DNA of 9,806 nucleotides from Escherichia coli (GTDB lineage Bacteria; Pseudomonadota; Gammaproteobacteria; Enterobacterales; Enterobacteriaceae): NCBI RefSeq assembly GCF_003334355.1, contig NZ_QOWP01000058.1; one strand, 5' to 3'. Shown piece by piece: positions 8,526 to 9,806 of this stretch (position 1 is its first letter; each line of letters starts with the position of its first letter). The notes under the pieces were generated by a model. It saw only the letters and a program-made list of their open reading frames with translations, ran no database searches and was not told where the DNA came from. The position numbers and the translations under genes were made by a program.

Positions 8526-8807
8526 ATGAATAAGTATTGGCTGTCAGGAATTATTTTTCTTGCCTATGGATTGGCTTCTCCCGCGTTCTCTTCAGAGACT
8601 GCCACATTAGCGATTAATGGCAGGATCAGTCCCCCAACATGCAGTATGGCTATGGTTAATGGTCAACCTCAACAGCATTGTGGTCAGTTAACGTATAATG
8701 TTGACACCCGTCATCTGTTTTCTTCGCCCGTCAAAGGTGTAACGACAGAAGTGGTTGTTGCAGGTAGCGATAGCAAACGTCGAATCGTGTTAAATCGCTA
8801 CGATTAA
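8526..8807 (+). CDS. yehE: Small secreted protein YehE (93 aa), signal peptide plus pilin-like N-terminal segment
   Basis: ATG at 8526 with an AGGGA Shine-Dalgarno 9 nt upstream. N-terminus MNKYWLSGIIFLAYGLASPAFS is a Sec-type signal peptide. Position between apbC and the yeh fimbrial genes and the 93-aa length match E. coli yehE as I recall it. Confidence 0.75.
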   Translation: MNKYWLSGIIFLAYGLASPAFSSETATLAINGRISPPTCSMAMVNGQPQQHCGQLTYNVDTRHLFSSPVKGVTTEVVVAGSDSKRRIVLNRYD

Positions 8808-8836
8808 TTTGGCAACCTGATTTTAATTGCATTTAG

Positions 8837-8875
8837 AAAGCCGAAATCATTTATATAAATGATTTCGGCTTTTTT
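8837..8875 (+). terminator. Rho-independent terminator after yehE (36-bp perfect palindrome plus T-run)
   Basis: AAAGCCGAAATCATTTATATAAATGATTTCGGCTTT (8837-8872) is a perfect palindrome; 8870-8875 is a run of six T. Begins 30 nt after the yehE stop. Confidence 0.6.
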
Positions 8876-9099
8876 ATTGATATCAACAATACCATTTACA
8901 TAAATCTACATTAATTGATAGATGCGATAAATAGTTAATACTCTTAAATATTTGTTGTATTTATATTGCAATGGTTAATTTGTTTTAAATCAATAAAACA
9001 ATGTGTTTACATTGCGGCAACTTTTTTGATGTGAGAAATTTGTTTCCAAGAGATACAGACTCTTAACAACCAAAAATAAATTTTATTAAGGAACATATT
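8876..9099 (+). promoter_or_regulatory. AT-rich upstream regulatory region of the yehD fimbrial operon (promoter not pinpointed)
   Basis: About 220 bp of strongly AT-rich, curved-DNA-like sequence with many A/T tracts immediately upstream of the yehD Shine-Dalgarno (AAGGA at 9088-9092). Confidence 0.35.
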
Positions 9100-9648
9100 A
9101 TGAAACGTTCAATTATTGCTGCCGCTGTCTTTTCTTCTTTTTTTATGAGCGCTGGAGTATTTGCTGCAGACGTTGATACCGGAACATTAACTATTAAGGG
9201 GAATATTGCAGAATCTCCGTGTAAATTCGAAGCGGGTGGTGATTCAGTAAGTATTAATATGCCGACTGTACCAACCACTGTCTTTGAAGGTAAAGCTAAA
9301 TATTCTACCTATGATGATGCAGTCGGTGTAACCAGCAGCATGTTAAAAATTAGCTGCCCGAAAGAAGTTGCTGGTGTAAAACTCTCGTTGATTACCAACG
9401 ATAAAATAACCGGTAACGATAAGGCGATAGCCAGTAGCAACGATACCGTGGGTTACTATCTCTATTTAGGTGATAACAGCGATGTCCTGGATGTTTCTGC
9501 ACCTTTTAACATTGAGAGTTATAAAACAGCGGAAGGTCAATATGCTATTCCGTTTAAAGCAAAATACCTGAAACTGACAGATAACTCAGTGCAATCAGGT
9601 GATGTGTTATCTTCTCTGGTTATGCGGGTGATGCTGCCAACTTACTGA
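9100..9648 (+). CDS. yehD: Fimbrial major subunit YehD (type 1 pilin family) with its 3-prime end interrupted by IS1; the final 6-7 codons and the stop codon are IS1-derived
   Basis: Signal peptide MKRSIIAAAVFSSFFMSAGVFA followed by a mature pilin-like sequence with the conserved N-terminal Cys (GNIAESPCKF) and a second Cys (KISCPKE). The reading frame runs into the IS1 terminal repeat at 9627 and ends ...LVMRVMLPTY at a TGA inside IS1 (9646-9648). Native coding sequence is 9100 to about 9626. Confidence 0.85.
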   Translation: MKRSIIAAAVFSSFFMSAGVFAADVDTGTLTIKGNIAESPCKFEAGGDSVSINMPTVPTTVFEGKAKYSTYDDAVGVTSSMLKISCPKEVAGVKLSLITNDKITGNDKAIASSNDTVGYYLYLGDNSDVLDVSAPFNIESYKTAEGQYAIPFKAKYLKLTDNSVQSGDVLSSLVMRVMLPTY

Positions 9649-9649
9649 T
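9627..9649 (+). repeat. IS1 left terminal inverted repeat (IRL)
   Basis: GGTGATGCTGCCAACTTACTGAT, the characteristic ~23-bp IS1 terminal repeat. Confidence 0.85.
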
Positions 9650-9681
9650 TTAGTGTATGATGGTGTTTTTGAGGTGCTCCA

Positions 9682-9806
9682 GTGGCTTCTGTTTCTATCA
9701 GCTGTCCCTCCTGTTCAGCTACTGACGGGGTGGTGCGTAACGGCAAAAGCACTGCCGGACATCAGCGCTATCTCTGCTCTCACTGCCGTAAAACATGGCA
9801 ACTGCA
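9682..9806 (+). CDS. insA: IS1 InsA (transposition repressor / N-terminal transposase segment), first 41 codons; truncated by the window end
   Basis: GTG start at 9682 preceded by GAGG. Translation (M)[40 protein letters not shown] matches the InsA zinc-finger N-terminus. Absent from the ORF track because of the GTG start and window truncation. Confidence 0.85.
   Translation, partial: MASVSISCPSCSATDGVVRNGKSTAGHQRYLCSHCRKTWQL

Larger units (their letters stand above)
9627..9806 (+). mobile_element. IS1 insertion sequence, left end (partial; continues beyond the window)
   Basis: From 9627 the sequence GGTGATGCTGCCAACTTACTGATTTAGTGTATGATGGTGTTTTTGAGGTGCTCCAGTGGCTTCTGTTTCTATCAGCTGTCCC... matches the canonical IS1 left terminus and the start of insA as I know them. 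Confidence 0.93.

Noticed and set aside
8344-8529. 61-aa plus-strand ORF in the apbC-yehE intergenic region
   Set aside because: No Shine-Dalgarno, it overlaps the yehE start and ribosome-binding site, and its Cys/Leu-rich hydrophobic translation has no recognisable features. The region is more likely the yehE promoter and 5-prime UTR.
8876-9099. Possible fim-like invertible promoter switch upstream of yehD
   Set aside because: No pair of flanking inverted repeats delimiting an invertible segment could be found, and no site-specific recombinase gene is nearby. Only a short 10-bp palindrome (TTGATATCAA, 8877-8886) is present.
9063-9278. 71-aa minus-strand ORF overlapping the yehD start
   Set aside because: It is antisense to the signal-peptide-coding region of a well-supported pilin gene, with no ribosome-binding site.
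1-9806. tRNA, rRNA, CRISPR arrays, REP elements
   Set aside because: No cloverleaf-like tRNA candidates, no regularly spaced direct repeats, and no rRNA-like segments were recognised on reading the window. The GC-rich hairpins found are better explained as intrinsic terminators.

Overview
Enterobacterial (Escherichia coli-type) chromosomal segment, in reverse orientation relative to the usual K-12 map, where core housekeeping genes meet two accessory loci. Left to right: (1) a 334-codon minus-strand ORF (40..1044) that is a paralog of the central region of the adjacent gene and is probably the 5-prime part of yehI; (2) an intact 1264-codon minus-strand gene (1054..4848) with an N-terminal WGR-type domain, matching molR; (3) metG, methionyl-tRNA synthetase, minus strand (4989..7022), followed by a rho-independent terminator; (4) divergently transcribed apbC/mrp (7154..8263, +) with its own terminator; (5) yehE, a 93-aa secreted protein (8526..8807, +) followed by a 36-bp perfect-palindrome terminator; (6) an AT-rich regulatory region; (7) yehD, a fimbrial major subunit (9100..), whose last codons are replaced by the left end of an IS1 element starting at 9627 (terminal inverted repeat plus the start of insA), running off the window. 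No tRNA, rRNA or CRISPR array was seen. The most interesting points are the IS1 insertion in the yeh fimbrial operon and the translationally coupled pair of giant, functionally uncharacterised WGR/DUF4132-family paralogs (molR plus a downstream ORF that closes early), both of which carry A8 homopolymer tracts. All identifications rest on reading the translations and on remembered family features; no database search was run.
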